From: a virus
Taxonomy: Duplodnaviria; Caudoviricetes
Virus record (IMG/VR): IMGVR_UViG_2671180615_000003
Span: 18,105 to 82,104 of that record
DNA: 64,000 bases
Direction: 5' to 3' (one strand)
In this document: positions 39,101 to 49,414 of the stretch, in pieces
Layout: every line of letters begins with the position of its first letter
How positions within the stretch are numbered: position 1 is the stretch's first letter
Position numbers and translations under genes: made by a program
The notes under the pieces: generated by a model
What the model saw: only the letters and a program-made list of their open reading frames with translations
Told to the model about the DNA's origin: nothing
Databases searched by the model: none

Positions 39101-42100
39101 GACGCATAGTACATATCCCCAGCATTTGCTTTGACTGGTTGACCAAAATATGTATCTCGCAATGTCAGTTTTAAAGCTTTTGCAGACGGCGGATTGCTAG
39201 CCGCCGTAGATGCATCAACAATTACACCAGCAGACCAAAGATTTTGAGAATCTGAAAAACTAGGGTTACGCACAAGATTCGACAAATCATTATTAGCAAG
39301 CGTGTTATTTAGGCTTGTAATTGAATTGCCTTGGCTTGTGATGCTCCCTTCAGCTGTTGTTACTCGGTTCGAAAGGTTATTTACAGCGGATGCATCTGCC
39401 TTATTTGTAAGCGTTCCGTTGATTGAGGTAACACTGTTTTTCAAGTTGGTAATGTCAGTACCTTGACTTGTAATAGTGCTGCCTTGTTGGTTGACAGTAG
39501 ATGTTAAAGAGCTAAGAGCCGCAGAGGTCGCAAAACTGCTATCAGCATCCGCAGTCGTTAAAACTGGTGAAACTTTATAGCCTTGAACTTCCCACCAGCC
39601 ACTTGTCCCCGTATGGCCAACTGCGATTCCGAAACGCATCTGTTGAATAGTTGTATTGGACGTTAAATTGCAAATAACAGATACGAAATACCAGTTACCA
39701 TCCTTTGCAGGCACCATAGCTACAGGAACACTTAGTGCTGTATATCGTGCAGTAGTCCATACACCATCTGCATATCCATACATCACAGGAACGCTTAACG
39801 AGCCATTAGAGTCAGAAGAACAACGAACCCAGAATGAAATGCGATAAGTGCGATCATTAGGAACTGCGCTTAAGCTATAGTTAAAACAATTCACTGGAAC
39901 CGTAGTATCTTTACGGAAAACAGTATTCCCCACTTTCCCCGTTGTGGTCGTTTTGAAGTACTGCTTCATGTCATAGCCGTAATGACTAATCCACTTTTCA
40001 GGGTTTGCTAAATTGTAATCAGGAATTAACGAATCACTATCAAATGAATTAATCGAGTTTGTTAGTGAAATGATTGAGTTACTTTGGTTAGTTAATCCAC
40101 CCTCAGCAGCCGTCATTCTGGTTGAAAGACCGCTCAAAGCAGAATTCGTTGCTGAAATATTTCCTTCGGCCGTACTCATGCGCGAGCCAAGCGACGTAAT
40201 TGAATTTGTCGCTGTGGCCAAACGCCCATCTACTTCTGTTACCTTGGTATCAAGTGTAGTTAAGGCAGTTGCATTCGCTTGGTTGCCCGCAATAGCTTCT
40301 GCGTCTTCAAGAATTAAATAATCAAGCTCAACTGTGCCCGCAACGTTTGGATAGTTTGCGAGGAACATTGGCGTAATGAAGCCAGTCATTTGCGAAACTG
40401 TACGTGGACTTGCTTGGGAACCTAAACCAGTTGCAGCGCCTGTTGAACGCCCTTTGAAGTACCCGACGATCTCTTGCCATTCATCAATAGCAGGCGCATG
40501 AGCATTTACAACATAGTTTGATGAACTCATGTTGGCCGCTTGAGTATTGCCAGTAGTTACATACCAAGCTTTATCAGGCGTTTTTTGTGCAATCCCTAGG
40601 TAAATTGTGCCAGTACCAGCACGGCGACGATAACGAGCACGGATACGATAAGTTTTAGTTTGATCAAAAGGAATTAGATTATTTGCATGCAACCAAATAG
40701 TATCGTTGCCAGCATTGTTACCGAGCTGAATTACTTTACCGCTTTGCCCTGTTGCTTCTGCGATAACGTTAAACTCACCTGAAGCTGCATAAGTTGTCCA
40801 ATCTGTAATTGGACTACCTGCATTCATGCTAATAGCAGAGGTTGCACTGGCTAGTGCTGAATTAAGTGACGTAATAGCATTGGTATTTGAAGTTACTTTG
40901 CCATCGACATTTGTCACTTTTGTATCAAGCGTTTGAAGTGCTGACGCATCAGCTTTAGTCGATAACGCTCCTTCTGTCGAAGTCATTCGACTTTCAAGAC
41001 TAGTTACACGTCCCGCAGTTGCGCTGTTTTGATTAGTTGCTGTGTTGAATAAATCCGTCGCTTTGGCTTGCGTCGAAATAATCATTCCACTTGGGTCGGA
41101 ACCTGCAATCCAAGTTGATGGGGTCGTATTTGTTCCAACTTGGCGCTCAAGCATCATTCGCTCAATGTTGATGACTTGGCCAGCCGCTTTACCTGTTGGG
41201 TTCCCAACTAACAACATACATACAGCAGCGCCACCAGCAGGCACAGTAAATACCGCACTGAAACGGGTTAAAGTTGCAGTGATATTGAATGTCGGCTTGT
41301 TAGTTGAATCAGCTTGATACATTACCCACTGAATTGGATGCGGTGGAGTACCGCCAACGGTTTTAGCTGCAAAGCTAAAAATGTACTTGCCTTCAGTCAG
41401 CCATTGGCGAGGAACTTGACCACCACCAATATTGAAGTAAGTGCCATTGCCTGATGAAGCAGGCATTGTGAATTGGAACGCACGGGCATTGACGGTATCT
41501 GGCGATTGAATAATTTCAAACGGCAAGCCTGATACCCAGTTAGTTGGTTTTTCAACCGGATTTGAGATTTCTGGGCCTAAAAGGTTTACACCTTGGTTCG
41601 GCAGGCCATTGAAGCTGCTTTGTAAAGCTGTAAGCGCCGATGTATTGGAAGTAACTTTTCCATCAATCGTCGTAACTTTAGAATCTAGAGACTGTAGAGC
41701 GCTAGATTCAGCTTTATTGGCAAGAGAACCATTAATGCTTGTGATGCTGTTGTTTAAAGTGGTAATCGAATTACTGTGAGAAGTAATCGTATTGCCCTGT
41801 TGTGTAACAGTGTTAGTCAAGTTTGAGATAGCAGAAGCGTTGGCAGCAATAGAATCGCTATATGCTTTAGGAATTGTGTCGTTTACCGCAGTGACGTCAA
41901 ATACTTCATAAGATGCAAGAATTGCATCTACAGGATTTGCTGTAGAAGGCACAGGCGGATTTGTTCCATTAACTACGCGGTTATGACCTTGAATGGTATT
42001 GGCTACATCAGGGCCACCTTGAATAACTGTGTAATAAGTTTCAAATTTGCCTGTTCCTAAATCATTGCCTAGGATTTTAATGTAGCCGCCCGCGCCAGTA

Positions 42101-45100
42101 GGGTTCCCAACTGCAAGTAACTTTGCACCTACAGGCATCTTGATAATTTGTTTAATCAAGAAGGTTTTATTTGGAGTAAGAATGAGAGTTGGTACTGTTG
42201 GATACCATCCCCCGCCTAGAGCTTGTGTAGCTCTAATGAGCATTTCACTTGTCGAGTCTGTAGGGTTGTCTGCCGATTTGGCTTGCTTGACCCAAGATGT
42301 CCCTGCCGGGAAGTTATAAGCTGAAAGTCCACCCGAAGAGGTTGTCTTAAATGTAGGGTCGTCTCTTAAAGGTTTGCCAAGCGATAGAAGTCGAGCTAAA
42401 GCATTAACATCATTTAATGTGTTATTGGTCGTCGTGAGGCTATTGTTCAAAGTGGTAATCTGTCCACTTTGACTTGTAAGGCTTCCCTCTGCTGCCTCAA
42501 CTCTACTTGTTAAATTATTAACGGCGCTAGATTCAGCTTTATTGGCCAAAGTGCCGTTAATTGAAGTAACGTTATTTTGAAGGGAAGCAATTGAATCACT
42601 CTGATTGGTGATTTTGCCCTCAGCGGTTGTCATGCGAGTCGAAAGACCACTTACGGCGTTATTAGTGCCAGTGATATTCCCCTCAGCAGTCGTCATTCGA
42701 GAACCTAATGAGGTAATCGAATCAGTAGCTGTAGTTAAACGTCCATCGATGTTGTTGACTTGAGTTTGCGTTGTTTGAATTGCAGTAGCGTTGGCATCGA
42801 TTAAAGCTTTGGTGTCACGAGGGCTAGGACTCCAAGCAGTCGCTTTTGTGCCAGCTTCGATTTGCAATTTACGAATCGTAGGAATACGACCAGTACCGTA
42901 AGTTCCATAAAACTCAATTGTGGAAACAGTAGTACTTGCTGTGTGAGTTCTTGGATTTACGGTAACGCTATACTTAATCCATTGGTTTGCAATAACGGCA
43001 TTCACATTGATTGAGAATGTGTGAGCAGAATTGTTAGAAGCATAAACCTGAACAGCGCCGACAACGGGCACACTCATCTCGAAAGAGATAGTGATTGGCT
43101 TATCAAGATTCTCGTCGTAGAAAGCTTTTAACTCCGCGCTACGTTCGTAGAGCAAATATTCTTTGTTTGTCGCGGCGGTTGAAGTGCGTGGAGCTTCTGA
43201 GTTTGCAACGGCGTTTACACCACCAATCGTCAACTGACTATTAAAAGTATCGATAGCGCCCGAAGTTGCTGAATCCGCTTCTGTTTTGGTGTAGTAGTTA
43301 CTTAATGCAGATGCATCAGCTTTCGTTGAAAGTCCACTCTCTACTGTGGTAACACGCCCTTGAAGAGCAGTAACAGCATTGGTATTGGTTGTAACGCGAC
43401 CATCAATGCTCGTCACTTTTGTATCAAGTGAGGTTAAAGCAGATGTGTCAGCTTTTTTAGAAACGTTGCTGTTTGTGGTGGTTAGATCATTACGCAATGA
43501 GGTAATTGAATTACCTTGGCTTGTAAGGGTGCCTTCTGCATTGGTAACGCGTGTAGTGAGGTTGCTAACGGCTGTTGCGCTTGCATCTAATGATGCGTAA
43601 ATGCCATTAAGGTCGGCCGAACCCGCTACCCATGGTGATCCATCCTTATTGTCTCCCACATACTCTTCGATCATTAACTTATCCATAGTTAAGATCGCGC
43701 CAGCAGGCGTCATCGCAGCAGATGAAGCGCCGCCCGTATACAGCAGAATCGAAGCAGTTACCCCATCCGCATGAATTGGGGAAGATAGGTATAAAGTATA
43801 TTTAACTAAGTCATTCGTGAATAAAACATTCTGCGTTTGGGTTGACGTCCATAACAACGTGACAACTTGAACATTTGCACCGCTTTGGTTAAATACGCGC
43901 AATGCAAAACGGCCAATAAATCCAGCTACATCTGCTTTAGCGTAGAAGCTAAATAACAGTTTAGATCCACCGCGTACCGCTACAGGGGCTTGTCTCCCAT
44001 CGCTATAGTTGCCGATGTAAACGTAGTTGCTGATATTGGCAGTTAGGTTTTTAAAGTTATAAGCTTTTCCTGTTCTTAACGTCGAGTCAGCTAAGCTAAC
44101 TTCAACACCTGACTTAGTTGCTGTATATGGCACAACTTGAGGGTCAGAGAAAGGAGCAATAAGAAGGTTAGACCCTTTGCCTGCACTAAGTTCCGACTTA
44201 AGCGAAGTAATCGCGCCCGCATTACTTGTTACTCTTCCATCAATGCTAGTGACTTTTGAATCAAGAGTATTTAAAGCGCTTGAATCGGCTTTTGTAGAAA
44301 GGGCGTTATTTGTTGCGACCAAATCATTTTTAATCGAAACAATGGCCGAGCCTTGAGCTGTGATTTGTCCTTCCGCCGTCGTAACACGGTTCGTTAAGGA
44401 ATTTAAAGCTGTAGCGTCTGCTTTGTCTGAAAGCGTTCCATTAATTGAGTTAACGCTGTTATTCAATTGTGTAATCGAATTGCCTTGGCTAGTGATTACT
44501 CCTTCTGCATTCGATACGCGATTTGTCAACGCGTTTAAAGCAGTGGCATCGGCTTTATTAGTCAGGGTGCCATTGATTGTAGTGATGCTGTTATTTAGCT
44601 GAGTAATTGAATTGCCCTGACTTGTAATAACTCCTTCATCGTTTGTTACGCGAGTTGTCAAGGTACTGATGGCAGAGGCATTAGCATCAAGTGCTGATTT
44701 AATAGCACCTAAATCTGCTGGTCCTGCTGTCCAAGTTGAAGCGGGTTTGTCGTCGCCGATGTACTCTTCTAGCATCAGCATATCAATGAGGATACGTGAG
44801 CCTACAACGTTGTACGTGCCGTTTCCTGTACAAATAAAACTAAATGCAAAAGCGTCAGCAGGCGCAGTTACCGCTTTAAAAGAAATCGTTCCGCCGTCAT
44901 TTGTTGGCGTAACTCTTAAATTGCCAGTTGCTTGATTTTGCAGAGTAGCCTGGGCCGTTGAGACAGTGTCGTCTGCTGCGCGTCTAAACCAAAGCAAAGA
45001 AATGTAAACATCCGCTTGCTTTGCCGCATCAAGATTTTTGAAATAAGCGCTAAGCATATAGCGCTTACCGCCAGTAATTGATCCTGCTGCCGTTGTATTT

Positions 45101-48100
45101 ACGGTGCTTGTAGAGGCTGAGCCAAAATAGATATTTCCTGCTGCTGCCGTAAATGTGACATCGTAAGCTTTGCCTTTTACGCGCATTAATGAATTCACTA
45201 ATGCGACTGTTCTGGAAGCACCAAGAATATTTACAGATAGCTCTTGTGGATCAGAATAAGGCGCAACGATATTGTTAATGCCTTTGCCCGTACTCAACTC
45301 TGATTTTAGGGATGTTACTGCCGAAGCCGTTGCTGCTGCGTTGGTCACTGCCGTATTAGCAGTCTGCTGAGCCGTTGCAGCCGAATTGATGGCGTCTGCC
45401 GTTTTGCCTTCATTGGTTGTTAATCGAGAATCAAGCGAACTAATTCTTGAGGTATTTGCGCTTGTATTAGTGGCGTTAGTAGTAATTTGCGTTTGCAAAC
45501 TAGCTAACGAGTTATTGGTGCTTGATTTATAAGTCTCGATATTACTTAACAGCGCCACATCTTCTGACTTACGTTGTGTCGTTTCAGTAGTGAGGCCGTC
45601 TTTCATTTGAGAAATTGCAGTTGTACGGGCGCTTGTTTCGTCTGCAATCTTTTGATTTAGCTGATTTGTGGAAGTGGTTAAGTCGGAAGCCACTTTTGAT
45701 GCAGCCGTTACTGCATCATTAGCCGCAGTTTGTGCATTAGTAGCGGTTGTCTGAGCATTTGTTGCAGCAGTATTTGCCGCAGTAGCCGCCGAAGTTGCGC
45801 TTTGAGCCAAAGTTTGTGCGTTATCTGCCGCAGTTTTTGCATTTGTCGCTATACTATTTGCAGTTAAGGCTGTGCTTGCGGCTTGATCTGCGGCATTTTT
45901 TGCATTAGCCGCAGTTGCGCCCGCTTCATTGGCAACTTGTTGAGCATTGGTTGCTTGTGTTTGCGCTGTGCTTGCCGCAGTTTGAGCACTTGTTGCTGCT
46001 GTTTTGGCATCTGTAGCTACCATCTGAGCATTTGAAGCCGCAGTTTGAGCGCTACTTGCCGCAGTTTGTGCATTAGTAGCCGCTTGCTCTGCTGCCTCTG
46101 CAACATTAACAGTATTTTCAATTTTTCCTTGAAGCTCTTTGGTAAGATCACTTTCAGTAATATGTCCAGAAATAAGATCTAATACAGCCTCAGGGTCAGC
46201 AATAGTTGTTCCATTAACCCATTCCGACCATGCTCCAACATTACCAATTTTATCTACAATTCGACCACTATAATATTGGATTAGATTTGGCTGTAAGCCT
46301 TGAACTTTATGAGTATTAGTTGGATAAGCGAATTGACCTAACGGCGCGATATTACTTACACCATCCGGAGAAACGCGAATTTCAACATATGCTGCATCTT
46401 GAGCCCCTACATTAGGAAAACTCCAATCCAACTGCATACCAAACAAAATACCAGTAGCACGGATAAATTCCAGTTTAGGAGGTAAACCCTTTTTACCTAC
46501 TACTTCAGTAATTGATGAGTAAACTGGTAATGAAGAAACTTCAAATGCTGAAATTGCAGTAACTCGTGCTTGATAATTGCCTGAATAAACTCCCTGCACT
46601 TCTAAAGAGTTATTTCCTGTGAGCGGTAAACGAAGCCAAGAACCATTGTCTTTACGCCATTCAACAAGATATTTAACTGCACCTTTTGCTTGTTTCCAAG
46701 ACAAAATCATTGTTGTGATATTAATACCTTGATTAACTTTATTTTCACTTGTAATTAAAATATCACTTACGGGATCTTGAATAGTTGGATTAATAACTGA
46801 AATTGGTACTTCTTCAAAATAGGCCCCACTATCTATTTCATCAAATTTCTTAGAGTTATATTGAATAGCATTAATCGTAAATTTGTTTTTCTCTTCCTGA
46901 CGAATTGAAATAACCCTAAATTTCATTGTTGCTAAATCTTGAGCATCGATTACCCAAATATTTTCCGCAGCAATTGAACCTAAATCGAATGGTAAAGTGA
47001 CTGTAATTACACGACCATTTATAGATTGAATAATTCTAGTTTGAGCTTTTCCGTTTTCACCATTAACAACCAAACGATCGCCTGGCTTAGCTACAACGTC
47101 ATCGCGATCAATTGTTAGATTAACTCTATCTTCAGAAATTGCAGATACACGTCCGCCATTAGCACGTCCTGCAAACAATTCATCTGCAATTTCAATAACT
47201 CGACCAGGTTGTGGAATCCATCCATCTAGACCAACTTTAAAAGTTACAGTTCTTGTTTCAGACTGTTCAGACTTTAAAGCCCACAAACCAGCACGTTGTG
47301 CTTGTCCACGTGAAGTACACCCCCACGCATTTAAATCTAAAATGCGTACTTGACCAGAGTCTGAAATTGCCTGCTCATCTCGAACATATTCATATTCAGT
47401 TTTATAATGATTTGCTGGATTATCAAATGCGACTTTTACAACATTGTGGCGATCACGAGCACGTGTACCTGAATATTCAAATTCTCCAATCACGTTCGCG
47501 CGGGTATACGTAAAATATGTATCTTGTGGAATATCTGCATCACAGATAATACTGTTTCCATCCCAATAAGAAATTGCTCTAAAAACTCCAGCTAATTTTT
47601 TTAGAATTTCATAAGCTTCTTCTGCTCTTTGCAAATATACATTACAAGTAAAACGTGGCTCTTGTCCTCCTTGTCCATCATTTACAGATTCATCACAATA
47701 TTGACCAAGACGGTATAAAGACCATTTATCAATCATAAATGGTGTAAGTCGATCACCTAAACCATATCGATCTGAGGTACAAATATCGTAATAAACCCAA
47801 GCTGGGTTATTTGAATATGCACTAATAAATGTGCCATCCCACATTCCAGCATATGTTCTAGAAACCGGATTATAGTTGGAAGGGAGTTTAATTTTTGTAC
47901 CCTTACATTCAACTGCAATTTTAGCGACATTGCTAAAGGTCTCTGCATCATATTGCAAACCTAATAGTGCTGTATTCGGATAGCGTAATTTTGCATCAAT
48001 AACTTCAGTGACAGCCTCAATATACATTTTGTCACTGACATACTCAGAGGTTGAGTTTGGTGTAATACGACGCACACGAATAAGCCAATCTGAATCAGCT

Positions 48101-48654
48101 TTTGGTAAGTTAATCCGATGAGCACGCTCATAATTTGCGGAAGTTTTATCAGAGATTTTTGTTTTTAAAACTTCAGTCCAAGGTCCACCATCAGTTTGTA
48201 ATTCTACTGCGTACTCAATGGTTACTCCTGAAACATCTCCACTTTTAGCATCTTGAGTTCGTAAAGGCCCCCATTTAAGACGAATACGTAAAGCATCTAA
48301 ATCTAAATTTTTAAAAGATTTAACCCATGGGGTTCCCGCTTTTAATTCAACATCAATTGCTGTTTCGTTCTCAATTGCAGGAAAGCCTTCTATATAATCT
48401 TGGTCATTTGTTCCTGAACGAAAATCGACTTTTACACTTTCAAAATTTAATTTGCCATTGTTATCTTCAAGAGGAGTATTTTCAAGCAAGATAGACTTAT
48501 TACCACTTGCTAATCCTTCAATCTCCCCCTCTGCAAGGCCATATAGAATATTTATGCGAGTTTTTGACTGTGCAGAATCAGGAGCGATATTTGGTTGTCG
48601 CGCTTGTCCACTTCCTTTTTTTGAACCTTTTACAATTGACATAATAAATCTCAC
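36106..48654 (-). CDS. Giant lambda J-like central fibre / host specificity protein, 4182 aa
   Basis: J-type N-terminus (GEIEG, YPNTAL, NNPAW, EPRFTCN, GCTSRGQA), FnIII region, coiled-coil/globular repeats, DUF1983-like C-terminus. Confidence 0.92.
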   Translation of the reverse strand: MRFIMSIVKGSKKGSGQARQPNIAPDSAQSKTRINILYGLAEGEIEGLASGNKSILLENTPLEDNNGKLNFESVKVDFRSGTNDQDYIEGFPAIENETAIDVELKAGTPWVKSFKNLDLDALRIRLKWGPLRTQDAKSGDVSGVTIEYAVELQTDGGPWTEVLKTKISDKTSANYERAHRINLPKADSDWLIRVRRITPNSTSEYVSDKMYIEAVTEVIDAKLRYPNTALLGLQYDAETFSNVAKIAVECKGTKIKLPSNYNPVSRTYAGMWDGTFISAYSNNPAWVYYDICTSDRYGLGDRLTPFMIDKWSLYRLGQYCDESVNDGQGGQEPRFTCNVYLQRAEEAYEILKKLAGVFRAISYWDGNSIICDADIPQDTYFTYTRANVIGEFEYSGTRARDRHNVVKVAFDNPANHYKTEYEYVRDEQAISDSGQVRILDLNAWGCTSRGQAQRAGLWALKSEQSETRTVTFKVGLDGWIPQPGRVIEIADELFAGRANGGRVSAISEDRVNLTIDRDDVVAKPGDRLVVNGENGKAQTRIIQSINGRVITVTLPFDLGSIAAENIWVIDAQDLATMKFRVISIRQEEKNKFTINAIQYNSKKFDEIDSGAYFEEVPISVINPTIQDPVSDILITSENKVNQGINITTMILSWKQAKGAVKYLVEWRKDNGSWLRLPLTGNNSLEVQGVYSGNYQARVTAISAFEVSSLPVYSSITEVVGKKGLPPKLEFIRATGILFGMQLDWSFPNVGAQDAAYVEIRVSPDGVSNIAPLGQFAYPTNTHKVQGLQPNLIQYYSGRIVDKIGNVGAWSEWVNGTTIADPEAVLDLISGHITESDLTKELQGKIENTVNVAEAAEQAATNAQTAASSAQTAASNAQMVATDAKTAATSAQTAASTAQTQATNAQQVANEAGATAANAKNAADQAASTALTANSIATNAKTAADNAQTLAQSATSAATAANTAATNAQTTATNAQTAANDAVTAASKVASDLTTSTNQLNQKIADETSARTTAISQMKDGLTTETTQRKSEDVALLSNIETYKSSTNNSLASLQTQITTNATNTSANTSRISSLDSRLTTNEGKTADAINSAATAQQTANTAVTNAAATASAVTSLKSELSTGKGINNIVAPYSDPQELSVNILGASRTVALVNSLMRVKGKAYDVTFTAAAGNIYFGSASTSTVNTTAAGSITGGKRYMLSAYFKNLDAAKQADVYISLLWFRRAADDTVSTAQATLQNQATGNLRVTPTNDGGTISFKAVTAPADAFAFSFICTGNGTYNVVGSRILIDMLMLEEYIGDDKPASTWTAGPADLGAIKSALDANASAISTLTTRVTNDEGVITSQGNSITQLNNSITTINGTLTNKADATALNALTNRVSNAEGVITSQGNSITQLNNSVNSINGTLSDKADATALNSLTNRVTTAEGQITAQGSAIVSIKNDLVATNNALSTKADSSALNTLDSKVTSIDGRVTSNAGAITSLKSELSAGKGSNLLIAPFSDPQVVPYTATKSGVEVSLADSTLRTGKAYNFKNLTANISNYVYIGNYSDGRQAPVAVRGGSKLLFSFYAKADVAGFIGRFALRVFNQSGANVQVVTLLWTSTQTQNVLFTNDLVKYTLYLSSPIHADGVTASILLYTGGASSAAMTPAGAILTMDKLMIEEYVGDNKDGSPWVAGSADLNGIYASLDASATAVSNLTTRVTNAEGTLTSQGNSITSLRNDLTTTNSNVSKKADTSALTSLDTKVTSIDGRVTTNTNAVTALQGRVTTVESGLSTKADASALSNYYTKTEADSATSGAIDTFNSQLTIGGVNAVANSEAPRTSTAATNKEYLLYERSAELKAFYDENLDKPITISFEMSVPVVGAVQVYASNNSAHTFSINVNAVIANQWIKYSVTVNPRTHTASTTVSTIEFYGTYGTGRIPTIRKLQIEAGTKATAWSPSPRDTKALIDANATAIQTTQTQVNNIDGRLTTATDSITSLGSRMTTAEGNITGTNNAVSGLSTRMTTAEGKITNQSDSIASLQNNVTSINGTLANKAESSAVNNLTSRVEAAEGSLTSQSGQITTLNNSLTTTNNTLNDVNALARLLSLGKPLRDDPTFKTTSSGGLSAYNFPAGTSWVKQAKSADNPTDSTSEMLIRATQALGGGWYPTVPTLILTPNKTFLIKQIIKMPVGAKLLAVGNPTGAGGYIKILGNDLGTGKFETYYTVIQGGPDVANTIQGHNRVVNGTNPPVPSTANPVDAILASYEVFDVTAVNDTIPKAYSDSIAANASAISNLTNTVTQQGNTITSHSNSITTLNNSITSINGSLANKAESSALQSLDSKVTTIDGKVTSNTSALTALQSSFNGLPNQGVNLLGPEISNPVEKPTNWVSGLPFEIIQSPDTVNARAFQFTMPASSGNGTYFNIGGGQVPRQWLTEGKYIFSFAAKTVGGTPPHPIQWVMYQADSTNKPTFNITATLTRFSAVFTVPAGGAAVCMLLVGNPTGKAAGQVINIERMMLERQVGTNTTPSTWIAGSDPSGMIISTQAKATDLFNTATNQNSATAGRVTSLESRMTSTEGALSTKADASALQTLDTKVTNVDGKVTSNTNAITSLNSALASATSAISMNAGSPITDWTTYAASGEFNVIAEATGQSGKVIQLGNNAGNDTIWLHANNLIPFDQTKTYRIRARYRRRAGTGTIYLGIAQKTPDKAWYVTTGNTQAANMSSSNYVVNAHAPAIDEWQEIVGYFKGRSTGAATGLGSQASPRTVSQMTGFITPMFLANYPNVAGTVELDYLILEDAEAIAGNQANATALTTLDTKVTEVDGRLATATNSITSLGSRMSTAEGNISATNSALSGLSTRMTAAEGGLTNQSNSIISLTNSINSFDSDSLIPDYNLANPEKWISHYGYDMKQYFKTTTTGKVGNTVFRKDTTVPVNCFNYSLSAVPNDRTYRISFWVRCSSDSNGSLSVPVMYGYADGVWTTARYTALSVPVAMVPAKDGNWYFVSVICNLTSNTTIQQMRFGIAVGHTGTSGWWEVQGYKVSPVLTTADADSSFATSAALSSLTSTVNQQGSTITSQGTDITNLKNSVTSINGTLTNKADASAVNNLSNRVTTAEGSITSQGNSITSLNNTLANNDLSNLVRNPSFSDSQNLWSAGVIVDASTAASNPPSAKALKLTLRDTYFGQPVKANAGDMYYASAWFATPNTSANTTAVLGFHIIDANGVHSWFAVAAKGSDRNNWGFAEGYFTIPSGATVLIRPWLQVSAAAADAAAQLWHVTDIQVRNITGNKKLASDLQATSSALSTLDSKVTNIDGRVTSASNNIVTLNNSVTNINTALSQKADASALSSLSNRVTTAEGNISSQGGSITSLTNNLAVTTNTANAALPKIQGGTGAAKLFRGVLVFQQNGANVVGNIVIQTPITFTSKMFRLALTGYNYLAGKTDINLNIGGYAYTGTSIIQHGVVNSGTLPMRVRMGVRNGTVVVILTSQAPNAYWQYPKFNIDAEIGYTTPPDDWINGWSASLIAEADLASSGISAIVEPSLLDVSTQITANASAISNLTNTVTQQGDTITSHSNSITTLNNSITSINGALNTKASTSAVTDLDSRVTTAEGKITANTSSITSLTANLKNVANGITMSASLDVDPDSEWNYWAKNGEVARADDTSALGGKVYRFGNNAGNDHVNARSKAKLPFDQTKTYRIRARYRRLSGTGTIYCAVCCLAADGTSHVNLNNTVSTDFGSSNYFVINQSPTNNVWQEVTVYVKGRAAGAAAGSWTLAAPRQMPNATAFLSVQFLANYSNAAGMTELDYIIIEDADAIAANDATANALSSLDTRVTTAEGKITSQGSSITSLNNSITTINGTLSSKADSSALTNLANRVTVTEGSITSQGSSITSLNSTVNGLLKDIEVTDTRSTNQPPSWYWTNYPKRIVREFKQASTIGLTGMGTYVSLETYVYYSDATGGAIIQIARGSDSKLTAERRSASTSTWGAWSQDIKTLSDGLANKAEASALSTLDAKVSTIDGKVSTQATSITNLTTTVGGHTSSIQSQQESIDGLKARATLKLQSGNLVGGVGIENDSKTVDFIIQANRFAIGAPSTVTGTITPKYAFTYQSTSTTLPNGTVIPAGLYLDNASIGYINAEKINASSLSALSATLGTLTTYKDPSKPNGARMVLTGSLITVYDENNVLRVKLGLW
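45720..46100 (-). repeat. Ala/Thr heptad repeats (AQTAAxx) in fibre
   Basis: NAQTAASSAQTAASNAQ... repeated. Confidence 0.8.
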
Positions 48655-48702
48655 GCATAAAAAAGGCGCTGATAAGCGCCTATAACAAAATCTATTTTTT
48701 GA

Positions 48703-49353
48703 TTAAAGTTGGTCTTCAGGGTATTGACCTGCACTGATAATAAATCCACCAATTTCACGCTGACCATAAAGAATAGGTACAGGATTCCCCTGTGCCACTG
48801 TTGTTACCGCACTACCAAAACCTTTATTTGCACGGTTACCATCTTGATTTTGGTCTTGAGTAGTTGATGCCGAGGGCATTAACATACTTGAAATACCACC
48901 TACAGCCATACCTGCACCTGCACCGATTAAAGCAACTCCATAAGCAGAAGTTGTACCGCCAGTCATTACACCTGCAACAATCAAAACTGCTCCAAGAACT
49001 AACTGCAAGACTCCAGTATTTCCACCAGCACCTACCACACGAGGCACAATATGAATGGTGTCGGCTTGGGTATTCATATCTAACTGATCTTCAGAGATAT
49101 TATCTCCTGTAATCTGCTGTTTCGAATCTGCATCATAAATTGAGGAATGATTCTTTTTATATTTAGAATTTTTATTATTTAAAAATACGGCAAATTTAAG
49201 TCCAGACTCATGAGCACGTAACATAAAACTTTCAAAACCCGGAACTTGAACTGATAATGCACGCATAGCTTCACGAGTATTCACAACATCTAATTGAAAT
49301 TGCTTTCCAAATTTTTCTGCTAATACACCATATAGTTTGATTGTTTTTAACAT
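48703..49353 (-). CDS. Tail assembly protein I
   Basis: TIKLYG.L..KFG, IHIVPRVVG, QGNPVPILYG. Confidence 0.9.
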   Translation of the reverse strand: MLKTIKLYGVLAEKFGKQFQLDVVNTREAMRALSVQVPGFESFMLRAHESGLKFAVFLNNKNSKYKKNHSSIYDADSKQQITGDNISEDQLDMNTQADTIHIVPRVVGAGGNTGVLQLVLGAVLIVAGVMTGGTTSAYGVALIGAGAGMAVGGISSMLMPSASTTQDQNQDGNRANKGFGSAVTTVAQGNPVPILYGQREIGGFIISAGQYPEDQL

Positions 49354-49414
49354 GAGATTATCCTGGATTTAATAAAGGAGATATTCAACTGAATACCTCC
49401 TCTAAACTTTAAAA

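Noticed and set aside
36106-48654. Diversity-generating retroelement or shufflon acting on the fibre
   Set aside because: No reverse transcriptase or invertase in the window; repeats are direct, in-frame and not adenine-specific variants
37787-48685. Short plus-strand ORFs within the giant fibre gene
   Set aside because: Antisense shadows of repetitive Thr/Ser/Ala coding sequence, no RBS or family signal
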